A stretch of 64,000 nt of DNA, taken from positions 262 to 64,261 of the forward strand of contig JAPKYE010000009.1 in the NCBI GenBank assembly GCA_026394495.1. Reading direction: 5' to 3'. The translations under genes and the position numbers were made by a program. Below the pieces are notes generated by a model. The model saw nothing but the letters and a program-made list of their open reading frames with translations, had not been told where the DNA came from and did not search any database. The stretch comes from Methanobacteriota archaeon (lineage in GTDB: Archaea > Thermoplasmatota > E2 > DHVEG-1). Of this stretch, positions 40,275 to 49,727 are shown piece after piece; the first letter of the stretch is position 1; every line of letters begins with the position of its first letter.

Positions 40275-40724
40275 ATGACTGAAGAGAAAAAAGAACATAA
40301 TAAGGAAGAGTTTGAACCGCGGATCGTAGGGTTTCTGTGCAACTGGTGTAGCTATGCGGGTGCTGATTTAGCTGGGACAAGTAGAATTCAGTATCCACCA
40401 AATGTTCGTATCATCCGGGTTATGTGTTCAGGTTCAGTGGATTCGATGTATATTCTGCGTGCGCTTCTTGAGGGTGCTGATGGGGTGTTTGTGGGTGGGT
40501 GTCATCCAGGTGATTGTCATTATCTTGATGGTAACTATAAGGCGAGACGGCGGATGGTTTTGTTGAAAACCATTCTTGAGACGTTTGGTCTTGAATCGGA
40601 GCGGGTGTGGATCCGATGGATTTCCGCTTCAGAAGGGCAGCGGTTTGCTGAGACGATGAGGGATATGACTGATTCGATTAGAAAACTTGGTCCGAATCCG
40701 ATTGCAAAACAATGGAATATCTGA
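40275..40724 (+). CDS. mvhD: MvhD (methyl-viologen-reducing hydrogenase delta subunit)-like [2Fe-2S] protein
   Basis: FLCNWCSYAGADLAG ... VMCSGSVD ... GGCHPGDCHY conserved cysteines. Confidence 0.85.
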   Translation: MTEEKKEHNKEEFEPRIVGFLCNWCSYAGADLAGTSRIQYPPNVRIIRVMCSGSVDSMYILRALLEGADGVFVGGCHPGDCHYLDGNYKARRRMVLLKTILETFGLESERVWIRWISASEGQRFAETMRDMTDSIRKLGPNPIAKQWNI

Positions 40725-40736
40725 TAGGAGGAAAAC

Positions 40737-41861
40737 ATGATGCATCATATGATATTGAATGTAAAAGACGGGGATGTTTCTGGTTCAGTCAATGAGATGT
40801 TAAAACACTTGCTTTCTTCTGCAGGTATTGAGGCGTTGTTGGTGCCGCAGGCTGTTCCCTCAAAAAAAACTGTGTTTCCGGTGTTGATTTCTGATCCAAA
40901 GAAACTGCATGCTGATGTGTTTGCTCCGGTTCTTCCTGTGTCGACTGCAGCTATGGTGTCGCGGATGACCAAGGTTCAACCATCATCTCAACCATTTGGT
41001 GTCGTGATGCATCCGTGTCAGATCCGTGCACTCTTTGAGCTTGCGAAGTTGAATCAGGTGAAGCTTGATAATGTGGTTATTATTGGTGTTGATTGTCTTG
41101 GGACTTTTTCAGTGAATACGTATGCGAGTTTTCCAGAGAAACAAAACCCAACGTTATTTCTGTTGGAGTCTTTTGTAAAAAAAACAAATGATTCAGAAAA
41201 ATATTTGAGGACCGCTTGTAGTGTGTGCACAGATATGGTTCCTTCAAATGCGGATATCGTTATTGGATTGTATGGTATGGATGTTGAGCATGAAATTTTG
41301 ATTGAGGCGCATACGGAGAAAGGGAAAAAACTGTTAGAACATCTGCAGCTAGAAACGGGGAAAGATGTGAATCATCGTGAGACTGCAGTAAAAACTGTTC
41401 ATGAGCATCAATTGAAAAAATATCAGATGTTTATCAAAGAGAAAAGTGGTTTGAAAGGTATTGCTTTGTTTGCAGAGTTTTTTGACACATGTGTGAATTG
41501 TCATAACTGTAAGACCGCGTGTCCTATTTGTTATTGTCGCGAGTGTTTGTATGAGTCTGCGGTGTTTGATGCGGAGGCATATAAGTTTTTGAGAAAAGCA
41601 CAGACAAAAGGTTTGCTAAAGATGCCGCAGGATACGCTGTTGTTTCATCTGGGGCGTATGAATCATATGATTCTCTCCTGTGTGAAATGTGGTTTGTGTG
41701 AGCAGGCATGCCCAAACAATATTTTGCTTATGGATATGTTCATCCCGGCAGCTGAACGCACGCAAAAAGAGTTTTCGTATCATCCGGGGAAGGATGTCGC
41801 TGAGAAAATACCTATGATTGTGTATCGTGAAGATGAATACAAAGAAGTGGGTGAGAAGTAA
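40737..41861 (+). CDS. FrhB/FdhB-like flavin domain protein with C-terminal 2x[4Fe-4S] motifs (putative electron-input subunit)
   Basis: CVNCHNCKTACPICYC and CVKCGLCEQACPNN in the C-terminal half. N-terminal half resembles an F420/FAD-binding FrhB-type domain (weak). Confidence 0.4.
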   Translation: MMHHMILNVKDGDVSGSVNEMLKHLLSSAGIEALLVPQAVPSKKTVFPVLISDPKKLHADVFAPVLPVSTAAMVSRMTKVQPSSQPFGVVMHPCQIRALFELAKLNQVKLDNVVIIGVDCLGTFSVNTYASFPEKQNPTLFLLESFVKKTNDSEKYLRTACSVCTDMVPSNADIVIGLYGMDVEHEILIEAHTEKGKKLLEHLQLETGKDVNHRETAVKTVHEHQLKKYQMFIKEKSGLKGIALFAEFFDTCVNCHNCKTACPICYCRECLYESAVFDAEAYKFLRKAQTKGLLKMPQDTLLFHLGRMNHMILSCVKCGLCEQACPNNILLMDMFIPAAERTQKEFSYHPGKDVAEKIPMIVYREDEYKEVGEK

Positions 41862-41862
41862 T

Positions 41863-42528
41863 ATGTCGATGATTGATTCCCGATCTGTTGATTCTCAGTT
41901 TAAGTTTCTTGTTGCTAACCAAGAAGGTGGTGAGGGGATCCTGAAATGTTTCGCGTGTGGATCGTGTACTGCGCGGTGTCCGGAGATGCAGGTGAAACCG
42001 TCATGGAACCCGCGTGTGATCATCCGTAAGGCAATTCTTGGGTTAAAAGATGAGGTGTTGAACAGTGAGTTTTTATGGATATGCAGCGCGCATTCTCGTT
42101 GTCTTGATAAATGTCCGCAGAAGGTGAATGTGAAACAGGTGATGAACGCAGTACGCAATACGCGGTTGCTTGATGAGTATATGAATAATTTAAATGAGAA
42201 AAAACCTGATCATGTGCTTGATCCTAACTTGAAATATGCAATCGTGAACGATCCCGATGGTAAAGATTTGTATGAGTGTTTTTCATGTGGTACGTGTACT
42301 GCTGGGTGCCCGGAGCGAGAACTTGACCCTATGTACTCGTCTAGGAAGGTGATTAAACAGGTCGTCGTCGGATTAAAGGAACCGGTATTTGAGAATAAGT
42401 TTGTTGAGATTTGTTCGATGCATCATCGGTGTTTTACTGAGTGTCCGCAGGGTGTTGAGATACCAAAACTGATGAATGCGATTCGCAACCTTGCAATAAA
42501 AGAAGGGTATCAGCGAATTCATGAGTAG
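41863..42528 (+). CDS. tandem HdrC-like fusion (two HdrC modules)
   Basis: CFACGSCTARCPE + CSAHSRCLDKCPQ, then CFSCGTCTAGCPE + CSMHHRCFTECPQ. ATG at 41863 lies 1 nt after the upstream stop. Confidence 0.7.
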   Translation: MSMIDSRSVDSQFKFLVANQEGGEGILKCFACGSCTARCPEMQVKPSWNPRVIIRKAILGLKDEVLNSEFLWICSAHSRCLDKCPQKVNVKQVMNAVRNTRLLDEYMNNLNEKKPDHVLDPNLKYAIVNDPDGKDLYECFSCGTCTAGCPERELDPMYSSRKVIKQVVVGLKEPVFENKFVEICSMHHRCFTECPQGVEIPKLMNAIRNLAIKEGYQRIHE

Positions 42529-42534
42529 AGATCT

Positions 42535-45500
42535 ATGACGCAGCATATGGATAAAATTGGGGCGGTTGCCATCATCGGCGCAGGTATCACAGGTGTTCAG
42601 GCCGCGCTTGATCTTGCAGATATGGGATTCAAAGTCTATCTGCTTGAGAAAACCCCTGCGATCGGGGGCGTCATGGCGCAGCTTGATAAAACTTTTCCGA
42701 CTAATGATTGCTCCATGTGTATTTTGTCACCAAAACTAGTAGATTGCGCCCGTCATCCAAATATTGAGATTCATACAACAACAGAGATCACAGGGATCGA
42801 AGGTGCTGCTGGGAAATTTAGTTTGAAGATTCATCAGACGCCGCGATATGTGGATCTTTTAAAATGTACCTCCTGTGGATCTTGTGCGGAGATCTGTCCG
42901 GTTTCTCTTCCGAATGAATTTGATTATGGTTTGTCTACACGTAAAGCAATCTATAAAAGTTATCCGCAGGCGATCCCCAATGCGTATGTGATCGATAAAA
43001 TTGGTGATGGGAAGCATCGTTGTGTGGAATGTGGGCGATGTGAAAAAGTGTGTAAATCCGGGGCAATCGTCCATGAGCAAAAGCCGCTGGATCGTGTGTT
43101 TTCCGTGGGTGCGGTGATTGTCGCTGCTGGTGCTCAGCCATTTGATCCCATTGTTAAACCTGAGTTTGGGTATAAGCGATACTCAAATGTGGTGACAAGT
43201 ATTGAGTTTGAGCGTATTTTGTCGGCTTCTGGTCCATTTCAGGGTAAGATTCTTCGTCCGAGTGACAAAAAAGAACCTAAGCGGATCGCCTGGGTGCATT
43301 GTGTTGGATCTAGGGATAAATCAGTGGGAAATGATTATTGTTCTTCGATGTGTTGTATGTATACAGCTAAGGAAGCTGTGATTGCAAAAGAGCATCATCA
43401 TGAGATTGAGCCAACCGTGTTTTATATTGATGTGCGGTCGTTTGGGAAGGATTTTGATGCGTATATTGAACGTGCGAAAAAAGAGCATGATGTTCGGTAT
43501 GTGCGTTCGCGTATTTCAGAAGTTGAGGAAGATTCAAAGACGAAGAACTTGAAGATTCGATATGAGGATGAATGTGGGGAGTTGCATGAGGACGCTTTTG
43601 ATCTGGTGGTTCTCTCCGTAGGACTGTGTGCTGCGAAACATAAACCACATGAGCTTGTGAAAACACTTGGTCTTTCTGAGAATGTGTTTGGTTTTGTCGA
43701 TTCTGTTTCTTTTGATCCGGTGGTCACAAATGTCCCAGGTATTTTTATCGCAGGAACATTGTTGGAGCCTCAGGGAATTCCTGAGAGTGTGACGCAGGCG
43801 TCTGCTGCAGCAGCAAAAGCAGGTATGTTGTTGCGTGATGTGCGTGGGACGCTTGTTTCGCATAAAACGTATCCACTTGAACGATCTGTTGAAGAAGAAA
43901 TGCCGCGGATCGGTGTGTTCATCTGTCATTGTGGGATTAATATTGGTGGCGTACTTGATATTGATGCGCTTGTAACGTCCACAAAATCTCTTGAAAACGT
44001 GGTGTATGTTGATGCAAATTTGTATTCGTGTTCTGAGGATACGCAGAAAAAAATTGTGGATGCGATTCATACCCATCAGTTGAACCGTATCTTGGTTGCA
44101 GCGTGTACCCCGCGTACCCATGAGCCGTTGTTTCAGAAGAGTCTTCGTGAGGCAGGGTTAAACCCGTATTTGCTTGAGATGACAAATATCCGTGAGCAGT
44201 GTTCCTGGGTGCATATGGATATCCCAAAGGAGGCAACGGGGAAGGCGAAAATCTTGATTGCGATGGCGGTTGCAAAGACTCGGCAGTTGGTGCCGATTCA
44301 TACTGTTGAGATTCCTGTGAATCAACGTGCTTTGGTGGTCGGTGGTGGGATTGCGGGGATGAGTGCAGCGTTATCTCTTGCGGATCAGGGGTTTGATACA
44401 GTTCTTGTGGAAAAAGACCATATGCTTGGTGGTCATTTGAATAATATTTTTTATACGGTTGAGGGACTTGATGTACATGCGTTTGTAAAGGAGATTTCGC
44501 ATCGGGTCATGAGTCATCCGCGTATCAAACTGTATCTTTCCTCAAAAATCAAAGATGTTAAAGGATATGTTGGCAACTATGACACATATATTGAGACATC
44601 TGCTGGTGTGGAATTGTTTAATCATGGTGTGGTTGTAGTTGCAACTGGTGTGGAAGAAAATAAACCGAAAAGTTATCATTATGGGGCGGATCCTCGGGTG
44701 ATGACGCAGTCTGAGTTAGAGAAACGACTTTCTGAGATGGATTCAAGGGATGTATGCAATCGGGAAACGTATGTGATGATTCAGTGTGTGGAATCCCGGG
44801 ATAATACACGGCCGTATTGTAGTAGGATTTGTTGTATGCAGGCTGTGAAAAACGCCCTGAGAATTAAATCGTTGAACCCTCGGGCTGAAGTGTTTGTTTT
44901 GTATCGGGATATGATGACGTATGGGTTCAAAGAAATCTTTTATTCTAAAGCGCGGGAGAGCGGTGTTGTATTCATCCAGTATGATTCTGATTGGAAACCT
45001 GAGATATCCTTAGGGGAACATATTAAAGTAAAAGTGAAAGACCCTTTGCTTGGGTCGGTGGATATTCCTGCGGATTATCTGATTCTTTCAACAGGGATGC
45101 AGCCGCCGAAAGATACCATGGCTCTTGCGAAACAGTTGAAGGTGCCGTTGAACAGTGACGGATTTTTTTTAGAGGCGCATGTGAAGTTGCGTCCTGTTGA
45201 TTTTTCTACCCGTGGGGTGTTTCTTGCAGGGTGTTGTCATTCTCCGAAGTTCCTTGGTGAATCTGTGTATCAGGGTGAGGCGGCGGCTGCGCGGGCGGCG
45301 ACGATTCTTGCTTCTGGGAAATTGGAGTCGGAACCAAATATCGCGGTCGTTGATGAAACGTTGTGTAGTGGTTGTAAAACCTGTATTCTTGTGTGTCCGT
45401 ACAAAGCGATTGATGCTGTGGAAAAAAATGTTGATGGGAAACGTGTTGTGCATGCAAAGGTGAATGAAGGGTTGTGTCAGGGGTGTGGTACTTGTGTGGT

Positions 45501-45579
45501 TGCGTGTCCTGCGCGGGCGATCGAGCAGCATGGGTTTAACGATCGGCAAATTCTTTCAATGATTAAAGAAATTATATGA
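42535..45579 (+). CDS. tandem HdrA-HdrA fusion (two FAD modules)
   Basis: AIIGAGITGVQAALDLADMGFKVYLLEKTPAIGGVM ... RIGVFICHCGINI ... LVVGGGIAGMSAALSLADQGFDTVLVEKDHMLGGHL ... IQCVESRD...CSRICC ... C-terminal 2x[4Fe-4S]. Confidence 0.85.
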   Translation: MTQHMDKIGAVAIIGAGITGVQAALDLADMGFKVYLLEKTPAIGGVMAQLDKTFPTNDCSMCILSPKLVDCARHPNIEIHTTTEITGIEGAAGKFSLKIHQTPRYVDLLKCTSCGSCAEICPVSLPNEFDYGLSTRKAIYKSYPQAIPNAYVIDKIGDGKHRCVECGRCEKVCKSGAIVHEQKPLDRVFSVGAVIVAAGAQPFDPIVKPEFGYKRYSNVVTSIEFERILSASGPFQGKILRPSDKKEPKRIAWVHCVGSRDKSVGNDYCSSMCCMYTAKEAVIAKEHHHEIEPTVFYIDVRSFGKDFDAYIERAKKEHDVRYVRSRISEVEEDSKTKNLKIRYEDECGELHEDAFDLVVLSVGLCAAKHKPHELVKTLGLSENVFGFVDSVSFDPVVTNVPGIFIAGTLLEPQGIPESVTQASAAAAKAGMLLRDVRGTLVSHKTYPLERSVEEEMPRIGVFICHCGINIGGVLDIDALVTSTKSLENVVYVDANLYSCSEDTQKKIVDAIHTHQLNRILVAACTPRTHEPLFQKSLREAGLNPYLLEMTNIREQCSWVHMDIPKEATGKAKILIAMAVAKTRQLVPIHTVEIPVNQRALVVGGGIAGMSAALSLADQGFDTVLVEKDHMLGGHLNNIFYTVEGLDVHAFVKEISHRVMSHPRIKLYLSSKIKDVKGYVGNYDTYIETSAGVELFNHGVVVVATGVEENKPKSYHYGADPRVMTQSELEKRLSEMDSRDVCNRETYVMIQCVESRDNTRPYCSRICCMQAVKNALRIKSLNPRAEVFVLYRDMMTYGFKEIFYSKARESGVVFIQYDSDWKPEISLGEHIKVKVKDPLLGSVDIPADYLILSTGMQPPKDTMALAKQLKVPLNSDGFFLEAHVKLRPVDFSTRGVFLAGCCHSPKFLGESVYQGEAAAARAATILASGKLESEPNIAVVDETLCSGCKTCILVCPYKAIDAVEKNVDGKRVVHAKVNEGLCQGCGTCVVACPARAIEQHGFNDRQILSMIKEII

Positions 45580-45721
45580 TTTTTTATATTTTTTTTGCAT
45601 TGATGATACCAATACAATTTTATATTAAAGATTAATTATCTTTTTGTGAACGATGAGAGGGACTATATCTCTTCAGCTTTTTGATAAGATCTAAAGATAC
45701 TGTTAAGGAGCACCTGAAATA

Positions 45722-46906
45722 ATGAGGACAATGGGCGAAGATGAATCCGAACGATTGCGGAGTGCGGAATTTGATTTTATTGATAGAACTCTTATGGGCG
45801 ATGACCGGAGCAGGACTCTTTTTGATTGGTCTCCTGAGGCAATCGTTATTGTAAACAGACAAGGAATTTTTTTAGATGCAAATAAAAAACTGTATGAATG
45901 GTTGGGATACAAACCGGCGGAGGTCATCGGAAAACATATTTTAGAACTCCCATTTTTACCAGATAAAACAAAAGAAATCATTAAAGAGAATTTCGTACAA
46001 CGAATGCAGGGAAAAGATATTTCAGCCTATGAAGCTGCATTTCTCCACAAGGACGGAACAGAAAAATGGGGTGAGATTCATGGAGCATTCCTCCGAGATA
46101 ATACCAATAATATTACGGTTGATCTCATCATGGTTTCCGATATCACAGAACGGAAGTGTGCCGATGAGTCGTTGAGACGGTTAGCTGCTATCGTCGAATC
46201 ATCTGATGATGGGATTATTGGTAAAACTCTAGATGGTATTATCACGAGTTGGAACCCTGGGGCAGAGAAAATCTATGGATATTTCGCAGAGGAAGTTATT
46301 GGTCGGCCGATTTCTCTTCTTCTTCCGCTGGAATATCCTGATGAGATAACGAAACTTCTTGAAAGAATAAAACATGGGGAACATGTGCATCATTTTGAAA
46401 CCATGCGTATGAGAAAAGACGGAAAGCGTATCTATGTGTCTCTTTCGGTTTCACCGATCAAAGATGGTACCAACAATATTGTGGGTGCTTCAACGATTGC
46501 TCGAGATATCACTGAGAAAAAGAAGATGGAAGGGCAATTAAAGGAAAATGAAGAAAAATTTAGACTGTTGTTTGAAAATACGTATGATCTTATTCAAAGT
46601 GTTGATGAGCAAGGAAAATTTATTGATGTTAACCCTCGATGGTTAGAGACGTTGGAATATTCAAGAGATGAAGTAAAAAAACTTCGTTTAACTGATATTG
46701 TTAGAAAGGATCAAATTTCTCATTGCCAAGAAATATTAAAAATGATTTTTCAGGGTAAACATAGTAAAAATATTGAGACCGTGTTTCTTTCAAAAACAGG
46801 AAAAGAAATTGTTGTTGAAGGAAACGCACATGGTTTGTTTCTAGATGGAAAATTTATTGGAACCGTGGGGATATTTCAAGAGATTTCAGGTGCGAAGAAA
46901 AATTGA
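45722..46906 (+). CDS. multi-PAS-domain sensor protein (three PAS/PAC repeats, no output domain)
   Basis: Three ~110-aa repeats with PAS-like cores (IVIVNRQGIFLDANKKLYEWLGY..., IIGKTLDGIITSWNPGAEKIYGY..., LIQSVDEQGKFIDVNPRWLETLEY...). Confidence 0.65.
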   Translation: MRTMGEDESERLRSAEFDFIDRTLMGDDRSRTLFDWSPEAIVIVNRQGIFLDANKKLYEWLGYKPAEVIGKHILELPFLPDKTKEIIKENFVQRMQGKDISAYEAAFLHKDGTEKWGEIHGAFLRDNTNNITVDLIMVSDITERKCADESLRRLAAIVESSDDGIIGKTLDGIITSWNPGAEKIYGYFAEEVIGRPISLLLPLEYPDEITKLLERIKHGEHVHHFETMRMRKDGKRIYVSLSVSPIKDGTNNIVGASTIARDITEKKKMEGQLKENEEKFRLLFENTYDLIQSVDEQGKFIDVNPRWLETLEYSRDEVKKLRLTDIVRKDQISHCQEILKMIFQGKHSKNIETVFLSKTGKEIVVEGNAHGLFLDGKFIGTVGIFQEISGAKKN

Positions 46907-47153
46907 TTGATAAAATCAAGAAATTATTGACCTGGGGTATTCTGAAAACTGAATGAAACGAGAGAAGTATACATTACATCTTAATATACGCCAAGTTCAT
47001 GATTAACTTCACGATTAGAATGTGCAGAATCATTCATAGAAAATGATTAACGTATTCTGAGTGAAAAAACTAAGGCATTTAAACTATCCTCTGCGGTTAC
47101 TTATTTAAAAGGAATAATACATATAAACATGTGAAATTCTAGGTAGAGTCGAA

Positions 47154-47747
47154 ATGAAAAAAAATATAAAAAATGTATATCAGTTCAAAATAAGTCTTCA
47201 AGAAACCAAGCCCCTTATCTGGCGGCGGATTCAAGTCCCCGAGAAGTACACTTTTTGGGATTTACACGTTGCTATCCAAGATGCTATGGGGTGGAATGAT
47301 TATCATCTTCATGAATTTAATATAAAAAAACCTGGTTTAAGTAATGAAGTAAGTATTGGAATCCCAGAAGAGGACTTAGATACAGAATTTCTTCCAGGAT
47401 GGAAACACAAAATCGCAGATTATTTTTCCATGGATAATCAAACTGCTGAGTACATATATGATTTTGGCGATGATTGGGCACATACCATAAAACTTGAAAA
47501 AATATTTCCTCTGGAGAAGAAGGTGAAGTATCCATTATGTATCAAAGGAAAACGAGCATGTCCCCCGGAAGATGTTGGGGGTGTATATGGTTATGAAGAG
47601 TTTCTGAGAATCATGCAAAATCCAAAACATAAAGAACATAAATCTATGTTAAACTGGATTGGTGGGAAATTTGATCCTGAGAAATTTGATGTAAATAAGA
47701 TTCATTTTGATAATCCTGATAGACATCTGAAAATGATGAGGGATTAA
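47154..47747 (+). CDS. plasmid pRiA4b ORF-3-like family protein
   Basis: YIYDFGDDWAHTIKLE matches the family signature (Y.YDFGDDW.H.I). Confidence 0.55.
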   Translation: MKKNIKNVYQFKISLQETKPLIWRRIQVPEKYTFWDLHVAIQDAMGWNDYHLHEFNIKKPGLSNEVSIGIPEEDLDTEFLPGWKHKIADYFSMDNQTAEYIYDFGDDWAHTIKLEKIFPLEKKVKYPLCIKGKRACPPEDVGGVYGYEEFLRIMQNPKHKEHKSMLNWIGGKFDPEKFDVNKIHFDNPDRHLKMMRD

Positions 47748-47766
47748 ACGGTAAAGGAGTGGAACA

Positions 47767-48801
47767 ATGTTCAAACCCAATTTCACCTACACGACACACA
47801 TCGTCAATAATTTACTTAAAATCACCTCGGCACGCGAGATTATTCTGCATGCGTATTTAGTACCAAAATGGGATGTCGCTTTAAGGAAAGAAGCCCTTGT
47901 TAGAAATGCTCATTCTTCTACAAGGATCGAAGGAAACCGGCTCAGTCTGGAGCAAGTAACAGAGCTTGCTGCAGGCAGAGCGGTAATGGCAACAAGAAAA
48001 GACAAACAAGAAGTACTCAATTACCTCTACGTACTTGAGCATCTCGCTAGTTTTGCAGAACATGAAAAAATTTCTGAGAAATCAATTCTTAACGTACACA
48101 AACAAATTACAAAAGATGTCCTTGACAATCCAAAGGATTCGGGAAGATACCGTGACAGTCAGGTATATGTCGGAGATCGTAGTGGCAACGTCATTTTTAT
48201 GCCGCCAAAAACCAAAGATGTTCCAACATTAATACGATCACTTATCTCCTGGTTGAACTCAGAAGAAACAAAAAAACTCGATCCAGTTTTAATTGCTGGA
48301 ATCGCCCATTATGAATTTGTACGGATTCATCCGTTCATTGATGGAAATGGAAGAACTGCACGATCATTAGCATCGTTGATCTTGTTTCTGAGTGGGTTTG
48401 ACATTAAACGATTCTTTGCTCTGGATGACTACTATGATTCTGACCGAAATACATACTATGCTGCATTACAAACCGTGAATCCAAAGACGCTCAATCTGAA
48501 TAAGTGGTTAGAGTATTTTACCGATGGGGTTGCTGTCTCGGTTATCAGTGTCAAAGAAAAGATTTTAAGATTGAGTAGTGAAAAATTACGCAAGGATGTG
48601 AAAGGGCAGATCGCTCTTTCAGAACGACAGATGAAAATCATTGAACATCTGCAGAGGAATAAAAAAATTACTGCAGGAGATGTGGCAAAGAGCTTTAAGA
48701 TTACGAGACAAGGGGCTCTTAAGGAACTTTCCAAACTGGTTGTATTGGGCGTCATTAAATTAAATGGGAAGGGACGAGGAGCCCATTACATTTTGGAATA
48801 G
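47767..48801 (+). CDS. fic: Fic-family protein with C-terminal winged-helix
   Basis: Canonical Fic motif HPFIDGNGRTAR. Confidence 0.85.
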   Translation: MFKPNFTYTTHIVNNLLKITSAREIILHAYLVPKWDVALRKEALVRNAHSSTRIEGNRLSLEQVTELAAGRAVMATRKDKQEVLNYLYVLEHLASFAEHEKISEKSILNVHKQITKDVLDNPKDSGRYRDSQVYVGDRSGNVIFMPPKTKDVPTLIRSLISWLNSEETKKLDPVLIAGIAHYEFVRIHPFIDGNGRTARSLASLILFLSGFDIKRFFALDDYYDSDRNTYYAALQTVNPKTLNLNKWLEYFTDGVAVSVISVKEKILRLSSEKLRKDVKGQIALSERQMKIIEHLQRNKKITAGDVAKSFKITRQGALKELSKLVVLGVIKLNGKGRGAHYILE

Positions 48802-48921
48802 ATGGTTGTCATTTCGGTTGTCGTTTTGGTTGTCATTTCAGATTTACGTTCATCTAAAAAAATGTATGGGCCCTTCAGGATGCAAACATGTTAACCGGAG
48901 TAATTTCAGATAAAATAATAT

Positions 48922-49515
48922 TCATTTTTGGTGATCTTGTTTTTTTAAAACGTTTTTTGTTGCCTTTCGTTCTTTTTTTGATGCGTTCAGCCATTTGATG
49001 AAGAGTTCGAGGTGTTCTTTCGAAAACTGCATGTTTATCATATCGTTGTTCTTCAGAGGTTTCTCTTTGTCAAGGTTTTTTTGGAGTATTCTGTAGCAGT
49101 CAGGATGATATGTTTCAAGAAAATCGGTGTACGCCTCAAAAAAAAGTGTGGCGGTGGCGCATGTTTCGATAGCATAGACATGTACGGTATCGTTGTTTTC
49201 TACAAACAAAGGATAATTACGACAAACCTCTGGTCGAACTGGATAAATGATGCATTGATTCTTTTTGAGGAATGAACAGGGCAAATCGATTTTTATCTCT
49301 CCAGTCTTCAGGTTATACTTTGTATAGTGCTCAACCAAGGATTTTGGGTTAATTTTCAGATACTTTGAGATTTTCAAAATATCTGCCTCATAGAGGTTTA
49401 TGACGCCTTCGATACAACAGAATGTACAGAGTGAACAATCGGAAAAATCCTGAATCGTGGTATTGATCAGCTCCTGCAAAGCTTTTGTACGCATGTTGCG
49501 TCTGTTCGAATTCAT
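48922..49515 (-). CDS. YkgJ-family (UPF0153) Fe/Zn-binding cysteine-cluster protein
   Basis: CSLCTFCC near the N-terminus plus downstream Cys. Confidence 0.5.
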   Translation of the reverse strand: MNSNRRNMRTKALQELINTTIQDFSDCSLCTFCCIEGVINLYEADILKISKYLKINPKSLVEHYTKYNLKTGEIKIDLPCSFLKKNQCIIYPVRPEVCRNYPLFVENNDTVHVYAIETCATATLFFEAYTDFLETYHPDCYRILQKNLDKEKPLKNNDMINMQFSKEHLELFIKWLNASKKERKATKNVLKKQDHQK

Positions 49516-49559
49516 AAAAAATCCTCATTTTATCTGATTTTTCTCCGAGAAAAGAAAAT

Positions 49560-49633
49560 GGGCCCGGGCGGATTTGAACCGCCGACCAACTGGTTATGAG
49601 CCAGTCGCTCCACCGGTCTAAGCTACGAGCCCA
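49560..49633 (-). tRNA. tRNA-Met (anticodon CAT), elongator type (could be tRNA-Ile2)
   Basis: Reverse complement folds as a cloverleaf: acceptor GGGCTCG/CGGGCCC, anticodon arm ACTGG-CTCATAA-CCAGT, T arm GGCGG-TTCAAAT-CCGCC, 5-nt variable loop. No encoded CCA. Anticodon stem is not the 3xG-C initiator type. Confidence 0.85.
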
Positions 49634-49727
49634 AGAGGATGCCGGAGCCTTAATATCGTTTCTACTACTTAAAATATAGAGATACTGTAAGAGTAAGATT
49701 CATTAATGTATACAGGTTTTATCATTA

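Noticed and set aside
43367-44275. Several 99-195-aa minus-strand ORFs inside the tandem hdrA gene
   Set aside because: Antisense to a strongly supported coding region. His/Arg-rich low-complexity translations.
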